Assembly: GCA_048128005.1 (NCBI GenBank)
Contig: JBEUKZ010000064.1
Location: 372,001-436,000, forward strand
Direction of reading: 5' to 3'
Source: Veleropilina oligotropha
Taxonomy: Eukaryota
DNA: 64,000 nucleotides
Below the pieces are notes generated by a model that made no database searches, was not told where the DNA came from, and saw nothing but the letters and a program-made list of their open reading frames with translations. This document shows positions 23,145 to 36,621 of the stretch, in pieces (within the stretch, counting starts at the first letter, position 1; each line of letters starts with the position of its first letter). The position numbers and the translations under genes are program-made.

Positions 23145-26100
23145 TTACCAGTCACAGTTGTCCATAACTGACAAGAGATGGTGGCTTTTCCTCCCGCGAT
23201 AATATAGACGATGTCCTGTTATGAGCCGGATTCCTCCCGCGATAATATAGACGATGTCCTGTTATGAGCCGGATTCCTCCCGCGATAATATAGACGATGT
23301 CCTGTTATGAGCCGGATTCCTCCCGCGATAATATAGACGATGTCCTGTTATGAGCCGGATTCCTCCCGCGATAATATAGACGATATCCTGTTATGAGCCG
23401 GATTCCTCCCGCGATAATATAGACGATGTCCTGTTATGAGCCGGATTCCTCCCGCGATAATATAGACGATGTCCTGTTATGAGCCGGATTCCTCCCGCGA
23501 TAATATAGACGATGTCCTGTTATGAGCCGGATTCCTCCCGCGATAATATAGACGATGTCCTGTTATGAGCCTGATTCCTCCCGCGATAATATAGACGATG
23601 TCCTGTTATGAGCCGGATTCCTCCCGCGATAATATAGACGATGTCCTGTTATGAGCCCGCGATAATATAGACGATGTCCTGTTATGAGCCGGATTCCTCC
23701 CGCGATAATATAGACGATGTCCTGTTATGAGCCCGCGATAATATAGACGATGTCCTGTTATGAGCCCGCGATAATATAGACGATGTCCTGTTATGAGCCC
23801 GCGATAATATAGACGATGTCCTGTTATGAGCCGGATTCCTCCCGCGATAATATAGACGATGTCCTGTTATGAGCCGGATTCCTCCCGCGATAATATAGAC
23901 GATGTCCTGTTATGAGCCGGATTCCTCCCGCGATAATATAGACGATGTCCTGTTATGAGCCGGATTCCTCCCGTGATAATATAGACGATGTCCTGTTATG
24001 AGCCGGATTCCTCCCGCGATAATATAGACGATGTCCTGTTATGAGCCGGATTCCTCCCGCGATAATATAGACGATGTCCTGTTATGAGCCCGCGATAATA
24101 TAGACGATGTCCTGTTATGAGCCTGATTCCTCCCGTGATAATATAGACGATGTCCTGTTATGAGCCTGATTCCTCCCGCGATAATATAGACGATGTCCTG
24201 TTATGAGCCGGATTCCTCCCGCAATAATATAGACGATGTCCTGTTATGAGCCGGATTCCTCCCGCGATAATATAGACGATGTCCTGTTATGAGCCGGATT
24301 CCTCCCGCGATAATATAGACGATGTCCTGTTATGAGCCTGATTCCTCCCGCGATAATATAGACGATGTCCTGTTATGAGCCTGATTCCTCCCGCGATAAT
24401 ATAGACGATGTCCTGTTATGAGCCGGATTCCTCGCGCGATAATATAGACGATGTCCTGTTATGAGCCTGATTCCTCGCGCGATAATATAGACGATGTCCT
24501 GTTATGAGCCGGATTCCTCCCGCGATAATATAGACGATGTCCTGTTATGAGCCGGATTCCTCCCGCGATAATATAGACGATGTCCTGTTATGAGCCTGAT
24601 TCCTCCCGCGATAATATAGACGATGTCCTGTTATGAGCTGGATTCCTCCCGCGATAATATAGACGATGTCCTGTTATGAGCCTGATTCCTCCCGCGATAA
24701 CATAGACGATGTCCTGTTATGAGCCGGATTCCTCCCGCGATAATATAGACGATGTCCTGTTATGAGCCGGATTCCTCCCGCGATAATATAGACGATGTCC
24801 TGTTATGAGCCTGATTCCTCCCGCGATAATATAGACGATGTCCTGTTATGAGCCCGCGATAATATAGACGATGTCCTGTTGTGAGCCGGATTCCTCCCGC
24901 GATAATATAGACGATGTCCTGTTATGAGCCTGATTCCTCCCGCGATAATATAGACGATGTCCTGTTATGAGCCGGATTCCTCCCGCGATAATATAGACGA
25001 TGTCCTGTTATGAGCCTGATTCCTCCCGCGATAATATAGACGATGTCCTGTTATGAGCCTGATTCCTCCCGCGATAATATAGACGATGTCCTGTTATGAG
25101 CCGGATTCCTCCCGCAATAATATAGACGATGTCCTGTTATGAGCCTGATTCCTCCCGCGATAATATAGACGATGTCCTGTTATGAGCCGGATTCCTCCCG
25201 CGATAATATAGACGATGTCCTGTTATGAGCCGGATTCCTCCCACGATAATATAGACGATGTCCTGTTATGAGCCGGATTCCTCCCGTGATAATATAGACG
25301 ATGTCCTGTTATGAGCCGGATTCCTCCCGCGATAATATAGACGATGTCCTGTTTTGAGCCGGATTCCTCCCGCAATAATATAGACGATGTCCTGTTTTGA
25401 GCCGGATTCCTCCCGCGATAATATAGACGATGTCCTGTTATGAGCCGGATTCCTCCCGCGATAATATAGACGATGTCCTGTTATGAGCCGGATTCCTCCC
25501 GCTATAATATAGACGATGTCCTGTTATGAGCCAGATTCCTCCCGCGATAATATAGACGATGTCCTGTTATGAGCCGGATTCCTCCCGCGATAATATAGAC
25601 GATGTCCTGTTATGAGCCGGATTCCTCCCGCAATAATATAGACGATGTCCTGTTATGAGCCGGATTCCTCCCGCGATAATATAGACGATGTCCTGTTATG
25701 AGCCGGATTCCTCCCGCGATAATATAGACGATGTCCTGTTATGAGCCGGATTCCTCCCGCGATAATATAGACGATGTCCTGTTATGAGCCGGATTCCTCC
25801 CGCGATAATATAGACGATGTCCTGTTATGAGCCTGATTCCTCCCGCGATAATATAGACGATGTCCTGTTATGAGCCTGATTCCTCCCGCGATAATATAGA
25901 CGATGTCCTGTTATGAGCCTGATTCCTCCCACGATAATATAGACGATGTCCTGTTATGAGCCTGATTCCTCCCGCGATAATATAGACGATGTCCTGTTAT
26001 GAGCCTGATTCCTCCCGCGATAATATAGACGATGTCCTGTTATGAGCCGGATTCCTCCCGCGATAATATAGACGATGTCCTGTTATGAGCCGGATTCCTC

Positions 26101-29100
26101 CCGCGATAATATAGACGATGTCCTGTTATGAGCCTGATTCCTCCCGCGATAATATAGACGATGTCCTGTTATGAGCCTGATTCCTCCCGCGATAATATAG
26201 ACGATGTCCTGTTATGAGCCTGATTCCTCCCGCGATAATATAGACGATGTCCTGTTATGAGCCGGATTCCTCCCGCGATAATATAGACGATGTCCTGTTA
26301 TGAGCCGGATTCCTCCCGCGATAATATAGACGATGTCCTGTTATGAGCCGGATTCCTCCCGCGATAATATAGACGATGTCCTGTTATGAGCCGTATTCCT
26401 CCCGCGATAATATAGACGATGTCCTGTTATGAGCCGGATTCCTCCCGCGATAATATAGACGATGTCCTGTTATGAGCCGGATTCCTCCCGCGATAATATA
26501 GACGATGTCCTGTTATGAGCCGGATTCCTCCCGCGATAATATAGACGATGTCCTGTTATGAGCCGGATTCCTCCCGCGATAATATAGACGATGTCCTGTT
26601 ATGAGCCGGATTCCTCCCGCGATAATATAGACGATGTCCTGTTATGAGCCGGATTCCTCCCGCGATAATATAGACGATGTCCTGTTATGAGCCTGATTCC
26701 TCCCGCGATAATATAGACGATGTCCTGTTATGAGCCTGCGATAATATAGACGATGTCCTGTTATGAGCCGGATTCCTCCCGCGATAATATAGACGATGTC
26801 CTGTTATGAGCCTGATTCCTCCCACGATAATATAGACGATGTCCTGTTATGAGCCCGCGATAATATAGACGATGTCCTGTTATGAGCCTGATTCCTCCCG
26901 CGATAATATAGACGATGTCCTGTTATGAGCCTGATTCCTCCCGCGATAATATAGACGATGTCCTGTTATGAGCCTGATTCCTCCCGCGATAATATAGACG
27001 ATGTCCTGTTATGAGCCTGATTCCTCCCTCGATAATATAGACGATGTCCTGTTATGAGCCGGATTCCTCCCGCGATAATATAGACGATGTCCTGTTATGA
27101 GCCGGATTCCTCCCGCAATAAATAGACGATGTCCTGTTATGAGCCGGATTCCTCCCGCGATAATATAGACGATGTCCTGTTATGAGCCGGATTCCTCCCG
27201 CGATAATATAGACGATGTCCTGTTATTAGCCGGATTCCTCCCGCGATAATATAGACGATGTCCTGTTATGAGCCGGATTCCTCCCGCGATAATATAGACG
27301 ATGTCCTGTTATGAGCCGGATTCCTCCCGCGATAATATAGACGATGTCCTGTTATGAGCCGGATTCCTCCCGCGATAATATAGACGATGTCCTGTTATGA
27401 GCCGGATTCCTCCCGCGATAATATAGACGATGTCCTGTTATGAGCCGGATTCCTCCCGCAATAATATAGACGATGTCCTGTTATGAGCCGGATTCCTCCC
27501 GCGATAATATAGACGATGTCCTGTTATGAGCCGGATTCCTCCCGCGATAATATAGACGATGTCCTGTTATGAGCCGGATTCCTCCCGCGATAATATAGAT
27601 GATGTCCTGTTATGAGCCGGATTCCTCCCGCGATAATATAGACGATGTCCTGTTTTGAGCCGGATTCCTCCCGCGATAATATAGACGATGTCCTGTTTTG
27701 AGCCGGATTCCTCCCGCGATAATATAGACGATGTCCTGTTATGAGCCCGCGATAATATAGACGATGTCCTGTTATGAGCCGGATTCCTCCCGCGATAATA
27801 TAGACGATGTCCTGTTATGAGCCGGATTCCTCCCGCGATAATATAGACGATGTCCTGTTATGAGCCGGATTCCTCCCGCGATAATATAGACGATGTCCTG
27901 TTATGAGCCCGCGATAATATAGACGATGTCCTGTTATGAGCCGGATTCCTCCCGCGATAATATAGACGATGTCCTGTTATGAGCCGGATTCCTCCCGCGA
28001 TAATATAGACGATGTCCTGTTATGAGCCGGATTCCTCCCGCGATAATATAGACGATGTCCTGTTATGAGCCGGATTCCTCCCGCGATAATATAGACGATG
28101 TCCTGTTATGAGCCGGATTCCTCCCGCGATAATATGGACGATGTCCTGTTATGAGCCGGATTCCTCCCGCGATAATATAGACGATGTCCTGTTATGAGCC
28201 GGATTCCTCCCGCGATAATATAGACGATGTCCTGTTATGAGCCGGATTCCTCCCGCGATAATATAGATGATGTCCTGTTATGAGCCGGATTCCTCCCGCG
28301 ATAATATAGACGATGTCCTGTTATGAGCCGGATTCCTCCCGCGATAATATAGACGATGTCCTGTTATGAGCCGGATTCCTCCCGCGATAATATAGACGAT
28401 GTCCTGTTTTGAGCCGGATTCCTCCCGCGATAATATAGACGATGTCCTGTTTTGAGCCGGATTCCTCCCGCGATAATATAGACGATGTCCTGTTATGAGC
28501 CGGATTCCTCCCGCGATAATATAGACGATGTCCTGTTATGAGCCGGATTCCTCCCGCGATAATATAGACGATGTCCTGTTATGAGCCGGATTCCTCCCGT
28601 GATAATATAGACGATGTCCTGTTATGAGCCGGATTCCTCCCGCGATAATATAGACGATGTCCTGTTATGAGCCGGATTCCTCCCGCGATAATATAGACGA
28701 TGTCCTGTTATGAGCCGGATTCCTCCCGCGATAATATAGACGATGTCCTGTTATGAGCCGGATTCCTCCCGCGATAATATAGACGATGTCCTGTTATGAG
28801 CCTGATTCCTCCCGCGATAATATAGACGATGTCCTGTTATGAGCCTGATTCCTCCCGCGATAATATAGACGATGTCCTGTTATGAGCCTGATTCCTCCCG
28901 CGATAATATAGACGATGTCCTGTTATGAGCCTGATTCCTCCCGCGATAATATAGACGATGTCCTGTTATGAGCCGGATTCCTCCCGCGATAATATAGACG
29001 ATGTCCTGTTATGAGCCTGATTCCTCCCGCGATAATATAGACGATGTCCTGTTATGAGCCTGATTCCTCCCGCGATAATATAGACGATGTCCTGTTATGA

Positions 29101-29482
29101 GCCGGATTCCTCCCGCGATAATATAGACGATGTCCTGTTATGAGCCTGATTCCTCCCGCGATAATATAGACGATGTCCTGTTATGAGCCGGATTCCTCCC
29201 GCGATAATATAGACGATGTCCTGTTATGAGCCGGATTCCTCCCGCGATAATATAGACGATGTCCTGTTATGAGCCGGATTCCTCCCGCGATAATATAGAC
29301 GATGTCCTGTTATGAGCCGGATTCCTCCCGCGATAATATAGACGATGTCCTGTTATGAGCCGGATTCCTCCCGCGATAATATAGACGATGTCCTGTTATG
29401 AGCCGGATTCCTCCCGCGATAATATAGACGATGTCCTGTTATGAGCCGGATTATGATGGGTTTTAAAACAGGACATTAAACA
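23145..29482 (+). mobile_element. SINE-A (variant A2) copy split by the 43-bp satellite
   Basis: The left arm GTCACAGTTGTCCATAACTG..GGCTTTTCC and the right arm ATGATGGGTTTTAAAACAGGACATTAAACAT match SINE-A (ATGATGGTTGGAAATATACAGGACATTAAGCAT). Confidence 0.82.
23188..29452. repeat. Satellite 2: 43-bp tandem array, about 148 copies; consensus TCCTCCCGCGATAATATAGACGATGTCCTGTTATGAGCC(G/T)GAT
   Basis: The period is 43, with about 10 interspersed 33-bp deletion monomers. Confidence 0.98.
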
Positions 29483-30047
29483 TATACTCAACCAAAACAG
29501 AAACGCACACCCCACTTTTATTAATTTCAATATAAGTTAACAAATTGCCAAAATTTAATGCAAGAAATGATTTCTGAGACATTAAGTTTCTTTCCTCTAT
29601 TAATGCAATAAATGAAAGAAAAATTTTCCCGACCAGAAAAAAAATGCGAGGAATATTAAAATGCGAACGGTCCGTGCCTGCGCGCGTCCGTCCGTGGTCT
29701 TTTCAGCAGCGTATCTTATAAACCGCTCAATATATCTTAACGAAATTTGGTGGGTGTATTAAGCAATTGGTGCCTTTGCTAATTTGTCTTTGCTAAAGTT
29801 ATTGCCCTTGTTGTTATTTAAGATAATTTGCACTGACAGACGGACGCGCACATGATCGGATGATCTGCATTTTAATGACTCCCGCAATTTTTTTTGCAGG
29901 GAATAATTATCTTTAATTTAATCCATTACTGAAGGAAAGAAAGTTAGTGTCTCGGAAATGTTTTCTTGCCTTAAATTTTCGCAAATTGTTATCAACTTGG
30001 TAAAATATCTAAAAGTGAGATGTGCGTTTCTTTTTTGGTTGAGTATA
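29483..30047. mobile_element. Tc1/mariner-like MITE with long (about 210 bp) imperfect TIRs and TA ends
   Basis: TATACTCAACCAAAA.AGAAACGCACA at the left end and its reverse complement at the right end. Inverted similarity continues to GCGCGTCCGTC. Confidence 0.82.
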
Positions 30048-33000
30048 TATCGAACCGGTGTCTTACGGTGATATTACGACATAATTGCATCATATATCAG
30101 ATTAATCTAATCGGTCAGTATTATTCAAAGACAATCTGAATAAGTCAACAGGATTTGAAGCAATACTAATCGAATGCACGCACATATTTCTCCAAACGAG
30201 ATGTATGTTTGCTGGCTAATATGTCAAGTTTATCAAATGTTATGCTATATATATACAGGTGTGGTCAGGACATGACACACATATATTGTTTTCTTGAATG
30301 TAGCATACGATTTAATTTATCTAGGTTTAATGTAGTTTCATATGGCAGCCATTTAGTATGACGGTCCAATTATGGGCTTTTATTCATGAAATGGACTGAT
30401 GGGCAGATAAGTACTAATTGTGTTGAAGATTTCGGCCTATGATTAAATCTTGTCAGTGTCACGGGCCATCTCGTGCGAGACAGCGAGCAGACCGGGTAGC
30501 CTCGGGCGATGATCGACAGAGACGGCGTTCTTCCTGCGCACAATAGACTGTTTCGGCCCAAGAGGGGGTCTTTTGAGAAAGGTAAATCTATCCGTCGCTA
30601 CAGGAAACCGGGTAGGCCCACAAGCGACGAGTAGAAGGCGATACTGCGACACCCTGAAAGAATTCAATTGCAATACCCTGTCCTATGGCTCGAAGCTATG
30701 TTCTGGAATAATATATCATTGTCAGGGAGAACCATGTTGGCCATCAGACCAGAACTGCCGAAATGTGTCAGTGTGTGCTTTCTAATTTACACCACTATAG
30801 AATATCATTATGAACATGCGAAAATAATAAAGGTGTTCAGATTCCTCCGCCATTACCATGTCATCATAGATGTTAAAAATCATCAAATGTTAAAAAGGAC
30901 ATGTTCTGATCTGTAATGCTGCCGTTATGTCGATGTAGACGACCGGAGTCATCCTGAAATGTGTTCATTTTAGGCGCATGTTAATATATGTAATATATGT
31001 TAAGTATGCATGGGCACGCGTTTACGTCATTTTTCATTGGCGAGATAAATGCATGCATCGTTGATACCTTGGCTTGTGCTGCTCCTCGATGGACATGGGG
31101 TGGTTCTGGTGGCCATTCGTCTGGGACACGCAACGACTTAATGACGTAATTGCCAGAGACTCATTAAATGTAGGTGTACTCGTGTTCAGTACGGTTTCAT
31201 GCTATTTTGGGGTGATCACTTCATAGCTGATGTGATGTGGATCAGTTAAAATAACCTGTAATTCATACCATGGCACTAACAGTACATCATACTGTCGTTT
31301 GCTATCAACTTTGTCGCATTCTAGAATGGTTAAACGAATATTCGTGTTGCAGGAATATTTAATGACGGGCAGAGATGACCAAGTTGGTGTAATGTTTCAC
31401 TCATTAACTGGTGCAACTGGTTCCAAGCAATGTTGTGACACGTTCCGAATGTTTGAATTACCATTTAATTTAACGATCGATTTGATAAAAATCTACTTGC
31501 TCAACTATTAGACAAGCATATGTCGCCGTGTCAACGTCCGATGAACCAAAAACGTTCGTTGTTTACTGGATGATATCAAACAACATTTGCTCTTATAAAT
31601 TGCATCTCCGCGTCTGATTTCCATATTATTGCCTGATGCGAGCGACATCTCCATACGTGTTGATATTTTATTGGTAGTTACTAAATTCTATATCGATAAT
31701 TATATTTCTACAATAATGCTTATAAATACTACTCGTATTACGTTTATTTACGAGTCCGTTACTTGATTTAAAAGGTACAAACATAATGATGACACGAGCA
31801 TAATTCGGGATGTTGACTTCTTTATACGATGTATCGTGAATATCATAGCAATTATTGTTCCATATGTCATATCGGTAAATATGAAGGATCGTGCCGATTT
31901 GTATGGGCATCGTCATGTAATACCCGATCGGCAATCATTGTTTATTATTTGGTATTTATTCGTTCTGCTCCAGCGCAGTGGATGGTCGAGCGCCGGCCTT
32001 TGTGACCATGTTAGTCGATCTTGGTGGTCCCCGACTACGCCTTTCATAAGTAAATAGATAAAGCCAATAACAACGGGAGACTGAACGAAATTCATTAACC
32101 AGGTCTATCATTTAATTGTACGAAACTACATTGCTTTATTATTAGATAGCTATTTAAATAGTCTGCATACAAGAAGCCACAGTTGTCCATGTTTGGTGTT
32201 TACTCTACGCAAGTATGACAGCACAATAGCGCCGCCTACCGTTACGTCTGACATGACGTCAGAGGCAGACGACCACACAGGAATATCTTTAAACAGAATA
32301 GGTCTAAAATAAGAATACGACAGGCAACATTGAAAAATAAACTATATTGATGAAGCGTTTTTGTGAATGATTCGCATAATGTTAGTTGTCGAGCGACGTC
32401 TTGGTTGTTACGTTATGTTGTACCTCCACATGACGTCAAACGCCGATACGATAACGTTACATATACTGGTTTGTTGCCCTAAGGCGTCGATGGATTCAAC
32501 GTTAACAGGCGTACGAGGTATCGTGAATACCAAGACGAAGATTCGGTAACGAATTTATCTTGATTTAATTTGAATAATAGATAGTCAATCTTAATAACAC
32601 CTCATTGGTACAGTGTTATTGATTTCCCATATTTGAGCGAATCGTGCCACTCCATTACATTTTGACCCTGCAGACGACACCATGAAGACAGTTACCCTCC
32701 ATCGCTTTTACGAAAAGGATGCACATTGCTGTTTAACGACCACGCCGAATCCTCTCCCCGACGAAGAGTGGCCACTAAGGCTTATAAATGTCTTTAAAGG
32801 GGAAATCATTATCACAAACGATAACTCGCTTGTTACGTGGGCACCACCACCAGAAAGGACTCTGACCATCCGTCCGGCTGTCCGTGCTCGATCTGCTGTA
32901 CCCACATTATGCAGCTGTGTTGTGATTTGTGATACGTCACGCCAAGTCAGTTACCAGGCGTTCAGATTTTTATATTTTTGCATCACGTGCGTTACGTGAC

Positions 33001-33071
33001 TTGGTTAAACAAGAGGCCTTTCGACCTATCTAGCTCCGCTGCATGGAAAGGGTTCATCAATATAGACATCC

Positions 33072-33713
33072 AACTAGAAATTTTGAGCAGCACTTCCCCT
33101 TGTAATAGCATACCGATATGCAAGCTAGCTGTCTTGACAAAGTTCAAATTACGAATTTCAGCAAAACTCGGACGTACATTTTTCTAATATTCACAGGCTA
33201 AGTTATACACATCATAAGGAAGACTCGTGCCAATTAACAAAAAATTATCAGACAGTTTCGGAGTTATTCACATTTGAAGTCAAAACTTGTCGCAGAAGTT
33301 ACTGGATTGTCTAAGTACAAAACGGTAAATTTCAGAAAAACCACGACGTAGAATTTTCTAAAAATTTCAGGAAATGTTAAGAACATTATAAGGAAGGTTT
33401 ATACCAAAGTAGATAAAAAGTTATCAAACAGTTTCGGAGTTATTCACATTTGAAATCAAAACCTTTCACGGTAGTGGAGTTTCAAAGTCCAAAAATGTAA
33501 ATTTCAGAAAAACAGTGACGTAGAATTTTCTAATACTTTCAGGATATATTCAGAACATCATAAGGAAGGCTCATGCCAACGTAGAATAAAAGTTATCAGA
33601 CAGTTTTGAAGATATTCACATTTGAAGTCAAAAGTTGACGACGGACGACAGACGTACGCTGGACAGAGGGTATCAGTAAAGCTCCGCTGACTACGTCACA
33701 GCGGAGCTAAAAA
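33072..33713 (-). mobile_element. Non-autonomous Helentron-like (HINE/pearl-type) element with internal tandem repeats of about 175-180 bp
   Basis: Terminal hairpin AGCTCCGCTG..CAGCGGAGCT next to an A-run, GACG/GACA microsatellite, three copies of TTATCAGACAGTTTCGGAGTTATTCACATTTGAAGTCAAAA. Confidence 0.72.
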
Positions 33714-33837
33714 AGTCAACACATGAAACGCGCACATACATGTGGTCTCGGACTCTTTCTAAATGAAGCCCCGTAACGGGTACTTCATATATAAATGATA
33801 TAGGAAATATAAAATCTTTAGGTTTATGGTAGCCATG

Positions 33838-33985
33838 CGACCGCCCTGTAAGTGGACTGGGTATATATGAGCGTGGCCGCCCGGTAAGTGGATTGGGTAT
33901 ATATGAGCGTGACCGCGCGGTAAGTGGCCTGGGTATATATGAGCGCGGCCGCCCGGTAAGTGGACTGGGTATATATGAGCGTGGC
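33838..33985. repeat. 36-bp minisatellite x4 (GGCCGCCCGGTAAGTGGACTGGGTATATATGAGCGT)
   Basis: Four tandem copies. Confidence 0.92.
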
Positions 33986-34171
33986 TCCCAATTCACTCGC
34001 TCGACTGCTCTGTATCACAGAAGTGAGTTCGAATCTTCGGCTTGGCAAATTGTCCATTAGTGGTCGGTATGGGTGGGTTTTTCCTGGCGACTTTAACACG
34101 ATAATATGGGCATTTCTTGGTATGAATCTGGAGGTGTTAAAGTGTAATATTAGGCATCGATCAAATCCAAA
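33838..34171 (+). mobile_element. Diverged SINE-A2 copy with tandemly amplified head
   Basis: GAGTTCGAATC B-box, TTGTCCATTAGTGGTCGG, GATAATATGGGCAT, (CAAATC) tail, TATGGTAGC at 33825-33833 and 34172-34180 (putative TSD). Confidence 0.68.
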
Positions 34172-34457
34172 TATGGTAGCGATATGCAGACAAATCCAAA
34201 TATGGTAGCGATATGCAGACAAATCCAAATATGGTAGCGATATGCAGACAAATCCAAATATGGTAGCTATATGCAGACAAATCCAAATATGGTAGCGATA
34301 TGCAGACAAATCCAAATATAGTAGCTATATGCAGACAAATCCAAATATGGTAGCTATATGAAGACAAATCCAAATATGGTAGCTATATGCAGACAAATCA
34401 AAATATGGTAGCTATATGCAGACAAATCCAAATATGGTAGCTATATGCAGACAAATC
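34162..34457. repeat. 29-bp minisatellite, about 10 copies (CAAATCCAAATATGGTAGC(G/T)ATATGCAGA)
   Basis: Direct tandem copies. Confidence 0.95.
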
Positions 34458-36621
34458 ACCATTAATTTCGAATAATTTTTTTACAATGATGTCTTGGAGG
34501 ATGGCACTAAGTGATCGGAATCTTGGCATTGATCACCTTCACGAGTGAGCTCGTGGTTGGCGAGTTCCTCGAAGCGGGTGACCAGAGCGTGCTTGATTCC
34601 CCCCATGTAGATGTGATCAGCGGTACCGTATGGTCGCACGTAATTATCAGGAGATGACCACTAATCTGAAGTGCTGTCTCTATGATCTTAATTTGTTCGA
34701 CACCCCAAACCTTGGGCGAATGGAATACCAATCAGGGGTGATCGGCACTGTGGTAGGGGCGGGAGAGGGGTGGAATTTTTTGCTGATGAACGTTGGACAT
34801 CACGTTTTTGTTAGCTCTACAGCGGATCTTTGGTGTTCCAGTGGGTTGTTTTATTGAATGTTCAAGTATTGCATGGTCTTTATGTGTGAGCCTACACCAT
34901 ACCGTGTTCTTGGTGGGTAGCCTATTCGAGAACAGCATAACATAATCAAACGAAATGTCAAGAAGGTCATCTGTATCAGAGAGAGCGAACCCACCAGGAA
35001 TATCGGTTGAGATTCTACGTAGGCTATAAATAGTGGATATTTCGTTTACAAGCGGCGGGGAAGTCCGACGGTGTACGCCACGGGATCACCCGAGATCCGT
35101 TCTTTGAGTACGGAAGTCGCATTTGCATATACCATAAATGTGACAGTGTCATGTACGTTCATTATTTAATATTCATTGAAACATAAATAATTATGCCCAA
35201 AACCTTCTTTAAAATAATTTTAGCCCCTCCCTCTCCCCTTCAATGTGTTATATGCAAATGAAATACTAGAAGCAGCCTACGCTTCACGATTTAATCCTGA
35301 AAAGGTAATGTGTATAAATGTACAACTCGACACATGTTAATGTTCCACTATGTTCTTGGCGATTAACCTGCGATATCTAGCCTTTCTAAAAGCTTGCGAC
35401 TCCGCTCGGATAGAATGGCCTGTGCAGTTAAAAAATCAATTTGTAAATCATAGTTGTACATTCTGATAACCTATAAATCTTTCAGCCCGCCTCCCTGTTT
35501 GGATCCAATAATGGCGCGCCGTTGAAGCATGAGAACGGAGTGCGAGTAGGTTGGACATGAAAGCAAGATCACCGTTTGACGCTGCACAAAGGCGCTGTTT
35601 ATACACGCTGCTTATACACGCTGCTCTCAATGAGTTTGGAAACATGAATGTTACGGACAAAAGCTTACTGCGTGTACGCATATGTGCTGCATCAAAGATA
35701 TGCTTTCTTTAATGTGTCACTAATTTGTCAATATTTGTGGGCCGAAGACCATGAAATGCACTAGTCTGGATGCCCGCCGGAGAATGCCAGATATATAGAT
35801 CTTCGGGTCTCTCTTTTGTATAAGCTAACCAAACTTCAGTTAAATGTAGACAGGCTTGGAATAGATTTAAGAATCAATGATTTCTTTTACTAGGTAATGA
35901 ACGGTAGAATGATTCGAAGCAGACGATTATAGGAATGTCAATGTCACGTGACACCACAAGCAGACGACCGTAGTTACCCGCCATAAATACAATCGACATC
36001 TTGATTCTGTCAAATAACGCTGATAAATCTGTGCCTTTCACCCCGACCCGCTTGCCTTATCAGCCAGTACTTTGAACAGAGCTCGGGTGCTTATCGAGTA
36101 AAGTGACGTTCGCTCTGCGCATACACTTCTGCCCATGGGCGCTGCTGATATGACCGTAAAACCAACAACCTATGACCCCCAAAATAAATGACTGTAAAGC
36201 TGGTGTGAGAATTCTTGAGAAATCGAGGTCAACCGTAGCTTTATGTATTCTCCGCATACCGTAAGTGCGCTAAATATATGAAACAACGCACGTGTCTGGA
36301 AACCGTCAGCGGTTTGTTATGAATCCATAGATTTAGTTCGGAAAGTGAAACCAGTGATTATGTGCCAGTGCTGTCCCATGGTATTATCCCGGTATTACTC
36401 AGTCCAGAGTGAGACCCAAGAGGAGCTGGTGGTCAGCTCAGCGTTGGGAGATCCAGCTCCAATACATGAAATAAAATTCTTCAATATATCTAAATACACC
36501 CCAGCTTTTTCTGGATGTCTTTATTTAAATGTATTAACTGGAAGAATCGACATTTTTCTGATTGTATTCTGGAGTGAGGCATATGAATGGGAAAATCTCA
36601 TATATATGACCGGACATATCA

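Noticed and set aside
33691..34373. ORFs with repeated peptides
   Set aside because: They are translations of the 36-bp and 29-bp minisatellites.
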